From Phyllobates terribilis (taxonomy: Eukaryota), in NCBI RefSeq assembly GCF_046119375.1, contig NW_027362764.1:316324001-316388000 (forward strand): 64,000 nt of DNA. The letters run 5' to 3'. Of the stretch, positions 34,882-45,789 are shown in pieces; the first letter of the stretch is position 1, and the number at the start of each line of letters is the position of its first letter. The translations under genes and the position numbers were made by a program. Under the pieces are notes generated by a model. It was not told the DNA's origin, did no database searches, and was given only the letters and a program-made list of their open reading frames with translations.

Positions 34882-37318
34882 CCGCGTTCTCTCCTCTGGA
34901 CCATAACCCTTCCAGTGCACCAAGTATTGTAGAGAACGACGTTGGAGACAAGAATCTTCAATCTTCGAAATCTGGAACTCCAGATTACCATCAACCTTTA
35001 CCGGGGGCGGTAGTAGAGGTGAGGACTCAAGAGGTTCCACATACTTCTTGAGTAAGGACCTGTGGAACATGTTGTGGACCTTAAGGGCTTGAGGAAATTC
35101 AAGACGAAATGCTGCTGGGTTAATGACGGCAGTTATTATATAGGAACTAATAAACCTAGGTCCCAGCTTCCAAGAAGGAACATTCAATCTTATATTCCTG
35201 ATAGACAACCACACAGTCATTCACATTCAGGTCCAGACCTGGGAAGCATTTTCTGTCAGCCATACGTTTATACCTGTCTCCCATGATCTTTAATTTATTC
35301 AGTACACCCTGCCATACCGAGGAGAGGGACGAAGCAAACTGTTTCTCCTCAGTAACTCCTGAAGCTCCTCCCCCACTAAAGGTACCAAACTGTGGGTGAT
35401 AACCATATGCACCGAAAAACGGTGACCTGCCAGTGGATTCTTGACGATGATTATTAATGGCAAATTCTGCCAGCAATAAGTAGGATGCCCAATCCTCCTG
35501 ATTTTCAGAGATGAAAAACCTGAAGTAGGTCTCCAAATTCTGATTGACACGCTCGGTCTGTACATTCGACTAAGGGTGGAAGGCAGAGGAAAAGGACAAC
35601 TGCACCCCCAGTCGAAAACAGAATGCCCTCCAGAACTTAGAAACAAACTGGGTCCCTGATCTGACACCACATTGGAGGGAATCCCGTGAAGCTTCACGAT
35701 CTCATTTATGAACACCTGAGCAAGTGTCTTGGCATTTGGAAATGCAGGTAATGTGCCATTTTACTGAACCTATTTGCAACCACCAAAACCACCATTTTGC
35801 CAGCAGAAACCGGTAGGTTAGTAATAAAATCCATGGACAAGTGTGTCCATGGCCTACTAGGGATAGGTAGCGGAAGAAGAGTACCAGACGGACAGGTATG
35901 TGAAACCATAGAACGCTCACAAATACTACAAACAGATACGTGTTCAATCACATCCCGATGCAACTCTGGCCACCAAAAATGACAAGAGAGGAGGTCCGCG
36001 GTTGCCTTACCACCTGGATGCCCAGCAAGCACAGAGGTATGATGCTCCTTAATTAGTTTGTGGCGCAGATTAGATGGTACAAATAACCTTCCTGAAGGGC
36101 AGGAGGCAGGAGCGTCTCCCTAAGCCTCCAACACATCACCTTCCAGTTCAGGATACAGTGCCGAAATGACTACCCCTTTCGGTAATATCAGAGCAGGGTT
36201 CTCATGGTCAACACCACTAGGGAAGCTCCGGGACAAAGCATCAGCCTTGACATTTTTGACCCCTGGACGAAAAGTGACAACAAAATTGAATTTAGTAAAA
36301 AACAGGGACCATCTGGCTTGCCTAGGGTTAAAACGTTTAGCTGACTGGAGATATGACAGGTTATTATGGTCAGTAATAACAATAATAGGATGTAAAGCCC
36401 CCTCCAACCAATGTTACCATTCTTCGAACCCCAATTTGATCGCCAAAAGTTCCCTATTACCCACGTCATAATTTCTCTCAGCCGAAGACAATTTTTTAGA
36501 AAAGAAGGCGCATGGACGCCATTTAGCAGATTATGGACCCTGAGACAACACAGCCCCAACCCCAACATCAGACGCATCAACCTCCACAGTAAAGGGTTGG
36601 GAAACATCGGGTTGATTGAGTATAGGTGCAGTGGCAAAATGATTCTTTAAGGAAGAAAAAGCATAGAGGGAAGCAAAACATTGTAGAAAAACAATATAAC
36701 ATTGTAGAGCCTTCAGGTTCTCGGGACAGTCCCAAACAAGAACTTCATGGATCTTCTCCAGATCCATCGAAAACCCTAAGACGAAAACAAGTACCCCAAA
36801 AACTGCACCTCCTGAACAGCGAAAACACATTTTTCCAGTTTGGCATAAAGTTTGTTATTCCTTAATATCTGGAGCACCTGCTTAACATGCCCCCGATGTG
36901 TCTCCAAATCAAGTGAGTAAACCAAAATATCATCCAGATAGACCACCAGAAAGCTCCCCACCAAATGATGGAAAATATCATTTATGAAATGTTGGAATAC
37001 CGAAGTGCATTGGTCAAACCGATAGGCATAACCAGACTCTCGAAAATGCCCTTTGGAGGTATTGAACGCTGTTTTCCATTCATCTCCTTCTCTGATTCTA
37101 ACCAGATTGTAGGCTCCCCTTAAATCCAACTTGGAGAATACCTTAGCTCTTACAACCTGGCTGAACAAATAAGTAATCAGAGGAAGAGGGTATGGATCAC
37201 GGATGGTAATTTGATTTGATTTAATTCCTGGAAATCTAAACAGGGAGGTAGACCGTCATATTTTTTCTTCACAAAGAAGAACCCTGTCACCACCGGAGAA
37301 GATGAGGGTCTGAGTCTT
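34882..37318 (-). mobile_element. Degraded chromovirus pol fragment (RT to chromodomain), no LTRs
   Basis: FSKLDLRGAYN, YLDD, EVDAS, RQARW, SMDFI and [12 protein letters not shown] motifs across several frames. Confidence 0.9.
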
Positions 37319-37319
37319 T

Positions 37320-38178
37320 GATGTGGGGTGTGCGGAAGACCCTCGGGCTTGTCATTAAGGTTCTCCTGTGAATGCCGGTTCGTGGCCGGTATTCATAGAT
37401 CGTGATTTTTGCTAAACATCACAGTGCTGAAGCACTGCGATGTATTGCACAAGCAATCAAACAATCGCAGCTTCAAGTCTCCTGAAGGGACTATTAAATA
37501 AAGTAAAAAAAAAAAGTTTTTAAAAATATGAACAGTTTTTTAAAAAACACAAAGGATGAAATCACCCCCCATTTTTCAATCTATCAAACTATAAAATAAA
37601 TGAATCTGAAATTTAAACCCTCAAATTACGTTTTTTTGTCCGCCCCAACATTACAATAAAATGCAATAAAAGGTGATCAAAACATTGTAAGTACCCCAAT
37701 ATGGTATCAATAAAAATGTCAGCTCAGGCCGCAAAAAGAAAGCCAATACACAGTCCCAGATCCTGAAAAACTGAGAGCTATGGGTCTCGGAAAATGATAA
37801 CTGCAAAAACTTTTTTTCCTTCAAATTTCGGAATTTTTTTTAACCACTTAACTAAATAATAAACTACATGTTTAGTATCTGCGTACTCATACTGACCTGG
37901 GTAATCATATTGCCAGGTCAGTTTTACCATATAAACCATGTTAAATAAAAAACCCAAAAAACAATTGTGGAGTTGCACTTTTTTTGCAATTTCAATGCAC
38001 TTGAAATTCTTTTCCTGTTTTCCAGTACACTATGTGGTTAAATCAGTGGTGACATTCTCACAAAAAACATACCCTCACATGGCTATATTGATGGGAATAT
38101 ATAAAAGTTATGGCTCTTTGAAGAAGGGGAGGACAAAACAAAAATGAAAAAAATGGCAAATGGACATGGCGTGAAAGG
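37320..38178. mobile_element. Right part of a piggyBac-like MITE related to 6181-7412
   Basis: Colinear similarity to about 6450-7412; ends GGCGTGAAAGG|TTAA (38179-38182). Confidence 0.7.
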
Positions 38179-39298
38179 TTAAGCCGGCTACAGTAGCTTT
38201 CTGGTAAACAGAGAGACCTTGAAGGGGATAGCTTAATCAATCCTTGGGACTTTTATGACAAAACGGTTAAGAGAGTGACTAGTTGTTACATGCAATTTTT
38301 ACAATGCATTTGTTACAATAGTTCTTAAAGTTTTTGAGTCAAAAACTTGTGATCATCTCATGACCAGGACAAAACCATCTAGAAAAATCTATATCTAAAG
38401 TGTCTTGATAGAATTTAGCAGCATCACTTTTGTACCAATTAAATGAAAGCTGAAATTATGCTTTCCCTGTTGTACATTCTAACTTGAGCAAGCCGATCAC
38501 ATTCAATAAATTATTTTACTTGGTAAATCAAGTTTCGTAATAAATGAATGTACATAACACATCATTAAGTAGAAATAACATGTACAACCCAGTGACAATT
38601 CATTTCTAATGAGGGTTGAGCACAACTTTCTAGTAAAATATTGTTATGATTTATGCTGACAACTAAGGGCACTTAGATGGTGTTTTAATTAAATATATAG
38701 AGCTAGAAATTATTCAGCAAAAATAAATTGTCTCTCTGGAATGTTCAGAAAATAATCCCATATTATCATGGAGAATGAAGTCATTTTGATCTTTACTGAC
38801 AGCCAAATCTAATGAAAATTACCTAGCAAATATCTATATTATAAATCAGTTTATAAACATGATTACTTATCTATTCAGCAATTAGGGTAAGGATTGAATT
38901 CACAACCTATGCACCAGGATTACATTTGGCCCCTTTAACACCTTTCCATACTTTTTGCACATGTATGGTGCTGTCAGCAAGGACTTCCAATAAAACGTCT
39001 GTGCAGCGGGAAGTAGTCACCAGGTCTTTTAACATGGTGGCCAAGTAAAGATGATTTTTGTATCCTGACGGCATGCCATCTTCACATAACACCAAAGGAG
39101 CTTTGCATCCCCCTCATCAGCGATCACTGAAATTTTCAACTCAATTCTGACCAGCCAATTGCAACTTTTGTGGCTGAAGCCGAATAAAAATAGACCACAG
39201 GTGGCTGTGTGTAGTGGTAATTGGTGCTCTCTGGGTCTGCACCAATAAACCAAAAATGCGGTAGCGGAAGCTTGATGGCTCTGAGCCAGAGGTGTTGA

Positions 39299-39740
39299 AG
39301 GGGTTGTCCAGTACCTTTAAAAATATACCAATGTGTTTTAATGATAAAAGGAAGCTTCTTTCTAATTACCTTCTGGTGCTGTTTCTGCCTGTGAGCGGCG
39401 CTATCGGTGGCCACTCACAGGCATCATGTGACCCCCGGCTGCAGCCGGCTCTGACATCCGATGACGTCCCGACAAGTCCAAGCTGCAGCCGAGGGTCCCT
39501 CTTCCTCGTTCCACCGATGGCTCCTGGGTTGTGGGCGGAGTTACCCCACGTGTCACACCCGGCATCCACCGCGCGCTTTCCCTGGTGGATGCTGGGTGGG
39601 ACGCGGGGAATAACCCCGCCCACAACCCAGGAGCCACCGCGGGGACCCCAGCGCTGAGTCACATCTCACTTGACGTGACATCAGCGGGGGTTACGTGCTG
39701 CCTATGAGAGGCCACCGATAGCGCTGCTCACAGGCAGAAT
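39299..39740. mobile_element. GC-rich palindromic MITE, Kolobok/T2-like, right end missing
   Basis: TTGA|AGGGGTTGTCCA left end; nested inverted repeats near 39384-39412/39711-39738 and 39519-39634. Confidence 0.55.
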
Positions 39741-39918
39741 ACGTATTTCGTGCAATAAAATGCAATATAATTAATTAAAAATCATACAATGTGATTTTAT
39801 GTTTTTTATTTTTAGACTATGTCTCTCACAGTTGAAGTGTACTTAGAATACAAATTACAGACCTATCCATTCTTTGTAGGTGGGAAAACAAAATTGGTAT
39901 CAATACTTATTTTCCCCA
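39741..39918. mobile_element. Tc1 right long TIR fragment, same type as the 33556 left end
   Basis: Its reverse complement aligns to about 33558-33750 with divergence. Confidence 0.75.
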
Positions 39919-40009
39919 ATTTATTTATAAATATATATACCAATACCATAGAATGTACAGAATATATAAGGATCTGGCATTGCTTTTATTCACATTATGC
40001 ATATATAGT

Positions 40010-41628
40010 TAAATTCGGTACATAAAGTACTCAGACCCCTTTAAAATTTTCACTCTTTGTTTCATTGCAGCCATTTGGTAAATTCTAAAAGTTCATTTTT
40101 TTCTCATTAAAATACACTCTGCACCCCATCTTGACAGAAAAAAATACAGAAATGTAGAAAATTTTGCAAATTTATTAAAAAATAAAAACTGAAATATCAC
40201 ATGGTCATAAGTATTCAGACCCTTTGCTCGCTTTAAGTCACATGCTGTCCATTTCCTTGTGATCCTTCTTGAGATGGTTCTTCTCCTTCATTGGAGTCCA
40301 GCAGTGTTTAATTAAACTGATAGGACTTGATTTGGAAAGGCACACACCTGTCTATATAAGACCTCACAACTCACAGTGCATGTCAGACCTAATGAGAATC
40401 ATGAGCTCCAAGGAACAGCCCAAGGAGCTCAGAGACAGAATTGTGGCAAGGCACAGATCTGGCCAAGGTTACAAAAGAATTTCTGCATTACTCAAAGATC
40501 CTAAGAGCACAGTGGCCTCTATAATCCTTAAATGGAAGAAGTTTGGGACCACCAGAAGTTTTCCTAGACCTGGCCATTCAGCTAAACTGATCAATTGTGG
40601 GAGAAGAGCCTTGGTAAGAGAGGTAAAGAAGAACCCCAAGATCACTGTGGCTGAGCTCCAGAGATGCAGTAGGGAAATAGGAGAAAGTTGCACAAAGTCA
40701 ACTGCAGCCCTCCACCAGTTGGGCCTTTATGGCAGAGTGGCTCGACGGAAGTCTCTCCTCAGTGCAAGACATATGAAAGCCTGCATAGAGTTTTCTCAAA
40801 AACACATGAAGGACTCCTAGACTATGATAAATAAGATTCTCTGGTCTGATGAGATGAAGATAGAACTTTTTGGTGATAATTCTAAGCGGTATGTGTGGAG
40901 AAAATCAGGCACTGCTCATCACCTGCCCAATACAATCCCTACAGTGAAACATGGTGGTGGCAGCATCATGCTATGGGGGTGTTTTTCAGCTGCAGGAACA
41001 GGACTACTGGTTGCAATTGAAGGAAACATGACTGCGGCCAAGTACATAAATATCCTGGATGAAAACCTCTTCCAGAGTGCTCTAGACCTCTGACTTGGCC
41101 GAAGGTTCACCTTCCCACAAGACAATGACCCTAAGCACACAGCTAAAATAACAAAGGAGTGGGTTCACAACAACTCTGACCATTCTTGAGTGACCCAGCC
41201 AGAGCCCTAACTTAAACCCAATTAAGCTCATGTGGAGAGACCTGAAAATGGATGTCCACCAACGTTCATCATCCAACCTGAAGGAACTGGAGAGGATCTG
41301 CAAGGAAGAATGGCAGAGGATCCCCAAATCCAGGTGTGAAAGACTTGTTGCATCATTCCCAATTAGACTAATAGCTGTACTAGCTCAAAAGGGTGCTTCT
41401 ACTCAATACTGAGCCAAGGGTCTGAATACTTATGACCATGTGATATTTCAGTTTTTCTTTTTTACTAAATTTGCAAAAATTTCTACATTTCTAAGTTTTT
41501 TCAGTCAAGATGGGGTGCAGAATATACTTTAATGAGAAAAAAATGAACTTTTTAGAATTTACCAAATGGCTGAAATGAAACAAATAGTGAAAAATTTAAA
41601 GGGGTCTGAATTCTTTTCGTACCCACTG
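40010..41628 (+). mobile_element. Tc1-like transposon (IR/DR type), near full length, transposase pseudogene about 40401-41412
   Basis: ~210-bp TIRs with inner repeats ggtcataagtattcagaccct; right end ACCCACTG|TA; WSDE and VKHGGG motifs; stop at 40818-40820. Confidence 0.92.
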
Positions 41629-42378
41629 TATATTACTATAAGAATTTATGTGCGTAAGTGCTACAATAGTGCTTGTATGTTTCCACCAGGAAAAAATAAA
41701 AAATTATATCTAGGGCCCTGCCACCATTTCACTGGATCATTTGGTTATAATTTTGTGGTCTTCACTTATGTTTAGATTTTTATTATAATTTGTTTGCATG
41801 AAAAAATATGGAAAAAAATGAAAAACGTATATTATTGCAAATCTGCAATCAATTAATTCAAGTATACTTTTCAACATTGAAATTGCAACGCCAAGAAGGG
41901 AAAGTTGTGGAATTATGGAAATCACAGGATTGCTAGACATCATTAGCAAATTATAGAAAAATGGATACATTTTAAAAACATCTCAATTGATTTAGTATTG
42001 AGTATGAGTATCACATGAAAATGCACATGCACTAACGTGCCTTAGCATTTTATCACTGAGGTTGTTAATTGTCTGAGAAATGATCTGTCACATTGAATGC
42101 ACTTGTGACTGCTAATCATCAAGATCCACTGCTAGAAGCTCCCTTTAGAATTGCAAATCAATGTTGTCCTCACGGTGCTCAATGGAAGACAATTCCAGAG
42201 AAGCTGAAGGCTACCATAGCATATTTAGGTCTAAGGGGTAATGTTTTTCCTTGTGGAGAGTGACATACCGGCTCTTGCCTTGGCATGCCAGAGCCGGTAT
42301 GCCACTCTCCACAAGGAGAAACGTTACCTCTTAAACCTCAGTCCAGAGCCTCTCATCTAGCCAAATCAGTTCCCATAT

Positions 42379-42422
42379 TTTGCACTGATGAGGGCCTATA
42401 GCCTGAAACACTGTGCTGCAAA
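42379..42422 (+). ncRNA. Minimal type I hammerhead ribozyme, copy 1 (U16.1 deleted)
   Basis: tttgca-CTGATGA-gggc ctata gcct-GAAA-cactgtg-c-tgcaaa. Stem I is extended by a perfect 12-bp helix, 42358-42369 with 42431-42442. Confidence 0.85.
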
Positions 42423-42712
42423 TTGAGATTCTGATTTGGCTATTATCCTAAGTCATATTGCAAAACTCGTCAAAAGATCGATTGGGACTTGTAGGATTGC
42501 TGCTTTTAGTAGGTGGTGCTATAGAGTTTAAGTCCTTTTTCTTTCTGAAGAGGCAATTTACATAGCATTAAATTTCCCAGAGGACCATTGCACGGCAAAT
42601 AAGCCTTTTAATCTTGGCATGACAGAGCAGGTATGTCACTCTCCACAAGGAGAAACATTACCCTTTAGATCTCAGTCCAGAGCCTCTCAGCTAGCCAAAT
42701 CAATTCTCATAC

Positions 42713-42757
42713 TTTAGACTGACGAGGGCCAATAGCCTGAAACACTGTGTCTGCAAA
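42713..42757 (+). ncRNA. Minimal type I hammerhead ribozyme, copy 2 (GUC site intact, stem I 5' strand mutated)
   Basis: tttaga-CTGACGA-gggc caata gcct-GAAA-cac t gtg-TC-tgcaaa; predicted cleavage after C42751. Confidence 0.85.
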
Positions 42758-42869
42758 TTGAGATTCTGAATTGGCTATTATTTTGACTTGTAGGATTGCT
42801 GCTTCTAGTAGTTGGTGCTATAGAGTTCAAGTCCTTTTTCTCTCTGAAGAGGCAATTTACATAGCTTAG

Positions 42870-43320
42870 TTAGGCACACAGGCATTGTCATTTTCCACTA
42901 GGTCTCTAGACCAATCTCTGGCTATCATTTGCATTGAAGAAAAAAGTGGGACTCATCACTGAAGAGGATAGATCTTCATTCCAGTTTCCATTTATCCATT
43001 TAAGTCGCTGATATCAATTTCTAGCTCATGTGGTTTTGCTATAAAGAGGCCTTCATGAGGGAACATCACACCGGTCTTTCTTCTGAAATATGATACCATG
43101 GCAGCATCTCTGGACTTGTCTGCTAATGTAAACTTCTAGAACATCGTTGGTCAAAAATTTTAAAGGGAGCTGCCAGCAGTGGATCTTGATGATTTGAATT
43201 CCTAAGTGCATTCATTATAACAGGCCATTTCTCAAACATCCATTAATAACCTCAAGGAGTGTTAGTGTGTGTATTTCTGAGCTCATACTCAATACTGAAT
43301 AAATCAAGATGTTTTAAAAA
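42870..43320 (-). mobile_element. Highly degraded Tc1-like fragment; inverted homologue at about 42030-42150
   Basis: FSDES-like codons on the minus strand; 43130-43270 is an inverted match to 42030-42150. Confidence 0.45.
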
Positions 43321-43689
43321 CTTTGTTTCCATTTTTTCATCATTTGGTCAGCAGTAACATGTCTATTGATCAAAAACAGATAGTAACTTTTTTGCTATGT
43401 GTTTGTTCCTTTTTTGCACTTACTCATCGCTTTAAATGTGGGAAAACGCTGCAAAACTGGTGTAAAAATGCTGAAAGAAGTGACATGCTGCACTTTTCAA
43501 AAAAGGTGCAGTTTTCCAATTCAGTCAGGAAAAAAAAACAATGTGTGTGCATGAGATTTCTGAAATCTAATGGCTTTTGCTGGTACTGTAAAAAGTAGCT
43601 TTTAATTTGCATAAAAAATGCAGCAAAAAAAAGCGCCCAAACGCAACATGTGAGCATAGCCACATAAGTTACATACTTAGCGAAAGGAC

Positions 43690-44933
43690 GTCTACCTGGA
43701 AGCAATCTAAGTGTCACCACTAGGCAATCTAGGCACCACTAATCAAACAACACCATGAAGATCAAAGTTGTAGTACAAGTCAGGGTTGGGTTATAAATAT
43801 ATATATGAATCTCTGATTATCCCCTGGAGCACCATCAAATCCATTATCATCAAATGGAAAGATCATGGTACCATAACAAACCTGCCAAGAGAGGGACGCC
43901 CACAAAAACTCTCAGCCTGGGCAAGGAGGGCATTTACTGTAGAGGCAGCACAGAGGCCAAAGGTAACCCTGAAGGAGCTGCAGAGTTGCCAAGCCAAGAC
44001 TGGAGTATCTATCCATACGACCACAATAAGCCATGCATTCCATAGAGGTGGCCTTTATGCAAGAGTGGGCAGAAAAAAGCCTTTACTTACACAAATTGTA
44101 AAGCTCATTTTGAGTTTGACAAAAGACATGTGAAAGACTCTCCAAATGAACGGAGGAAAGTGCTATGGTGAGATGAGACCAAAATTGAACTTTTTGCCCA
44201 CCAAGTTAAACACTATGTCTGGTACCAAACCAACACAGCTCATCACCCCAAGAAGACCATCCCCACAGTGAAACATGGTGGTGGCAGCATCATGCTGTGG
44301 GGATGGTTTTTTTCGGCAACAGGGACTGGGAAAATGGTCCGAATCAAGGATAACATGGTTGGTGCTAAATATAGGGATATTCTTGAGCAAAAGCGGTTTC
44401 AGTTTGTCAATGATTTGAGACTGGGAAGGAGGATCACCTTCCAACAAGACAATGACCCAAAGCATACTGCTAAAGCAACACTCAAGTGGTTTAAGGGGAA
44501 ACATGTAAATGTTTTGGAGTGGCATAGTCAAAGTCCAGACCTTAATCCAATTGAGAATCTGTGGTCAGACTTTAGGTCAGAAACCATTTATCTTTAGGGA
44601 GCTGGAGCAGTTTCACCTTGAGGAATGGGCAAAAAACCCAGTAGCAAGATGTGGAAAGCTCATGGTGACTTACAGCTGTAATTACCGCAAAATGAGGCTC
44701 TACGATGTACTGACTTTAGGCGTGTGAATAATTATGTACTCTGAAGTTTTCAGTTATTTTGGCCTATTTGTTGCTTGTTTCATAATAAAAAGAAAACCAA
44801 ATGTTCATAGTTGTAGGCATGTTCTTTACATGAACTGATGCAAACCCTCAAAAAAAACCTGTGAAATTCCATTTTGTGAGGTAGCAAAACATAAAAAATG
44901 CCATGGGAGCGTGATTACTTTTGCAAGCCACTG
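43690..44933 (+). mobile_element. Tc1-like transposon (DD34E), 5'-truncated, degraded
   Basis: VKHGGGSIMLWG and QDNDPKH...PDLNPIEN (34 spacing); right end rc CAGTGGCTTGCAAAAG followed by TA. Confidence 0.9.
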
Positions 44934-45789
44934 TAGAAATATAAACATAGGAACTGCAACACCAAAAAGAAATATATATATATATAGTCACAATCATCAA
45001 CCTTTCATAGCAAAACTTAAATTTTTCAAGAGTCAAATTTAAAATGTGCTTATATAGTACGATATAATATGACTAGTGATGGGCGAGCATTAAAATGCTC
45101 GGGTGCTCGATGCTCAGGTAGGACAAATTGGAATGCTCGGGTGCTCAACCAGAGCAACGAGCCCATTGTAAGTCTATGGGAAACTCAAGCATTTTTCAGG
45201 CGGCTCCCCCCGGCGGTCTGCAGAGGGCCTAAAAATTGGCCAAATCGATGTGAACAGTGCTCAAATGACATGGGAACAGCATGGAGAAGACCCCTGGAAG
45301 AATTTCTGACTCCCAGGTCACTGGTGTCAACAACGTTGTCAGAGGTATTAGCCACTTTTACGGACTCACAATAAAACATACAAAAATGAAACCAAAATGG
45401 ATTTTCCTAGGAAATATGTTAAGGAACATTTTTTCCAAGGCAATGACTTGAATATAAGGCAAAAAAAATATACAAAAACAAAAATGCTCCTTCACACATT
45501 GGGCCATGTTCACATGTAGCATTTTTGATCCGTTTTTGACTTTTGCATTGCTTTCAACCAAGACAAATGCATTCACCGGGAAATGTCATTTTCACATTTT
45601 ACATTCTTATTTGGCCATGTGGTGTGTGACACATCATCAGACACATCCTGTTTCATTTATGATGGAGGGACTCTTAAAGTCACAAAGACTATTTTTAAAG
45701 GGCCATCAGGCGGCCCTTACTATTCTTAAAGGGCCAGTAGTTGGCCCTCACTATTGTTAGAGAGCCATCAGCCGACTATGCTTTGCTGT

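Larger units (their letters stand above)
42279..42865 (+). repeat. Tandem 334-bp monomer (1 full, 1 partial) with hammerhead ribozymes; retrozyme or Penelope-like terminal repeat
   Basis: cttggcatg starts at 42279 and 42613; hammerhead cores are 334 nt apart; no ORF. Confidence 0.85.

Noticed and set aside
38907-39253. Short minus-strand ORFs and a CTGATGA motif near 39120
   Set aside because: No recognisable domain, and no stem II or GAAA follows, so it is not a hammerhead.
33556-39918. A single 6.3-kb Tc1 bounded by the 33556 and 39741-39918 TIRs
   Set aside because: The TIRs are clearly diverged, the right CAGT/TA terminus and the transposase 3' end are missing, and it cannot be distinguished from two separate copies.
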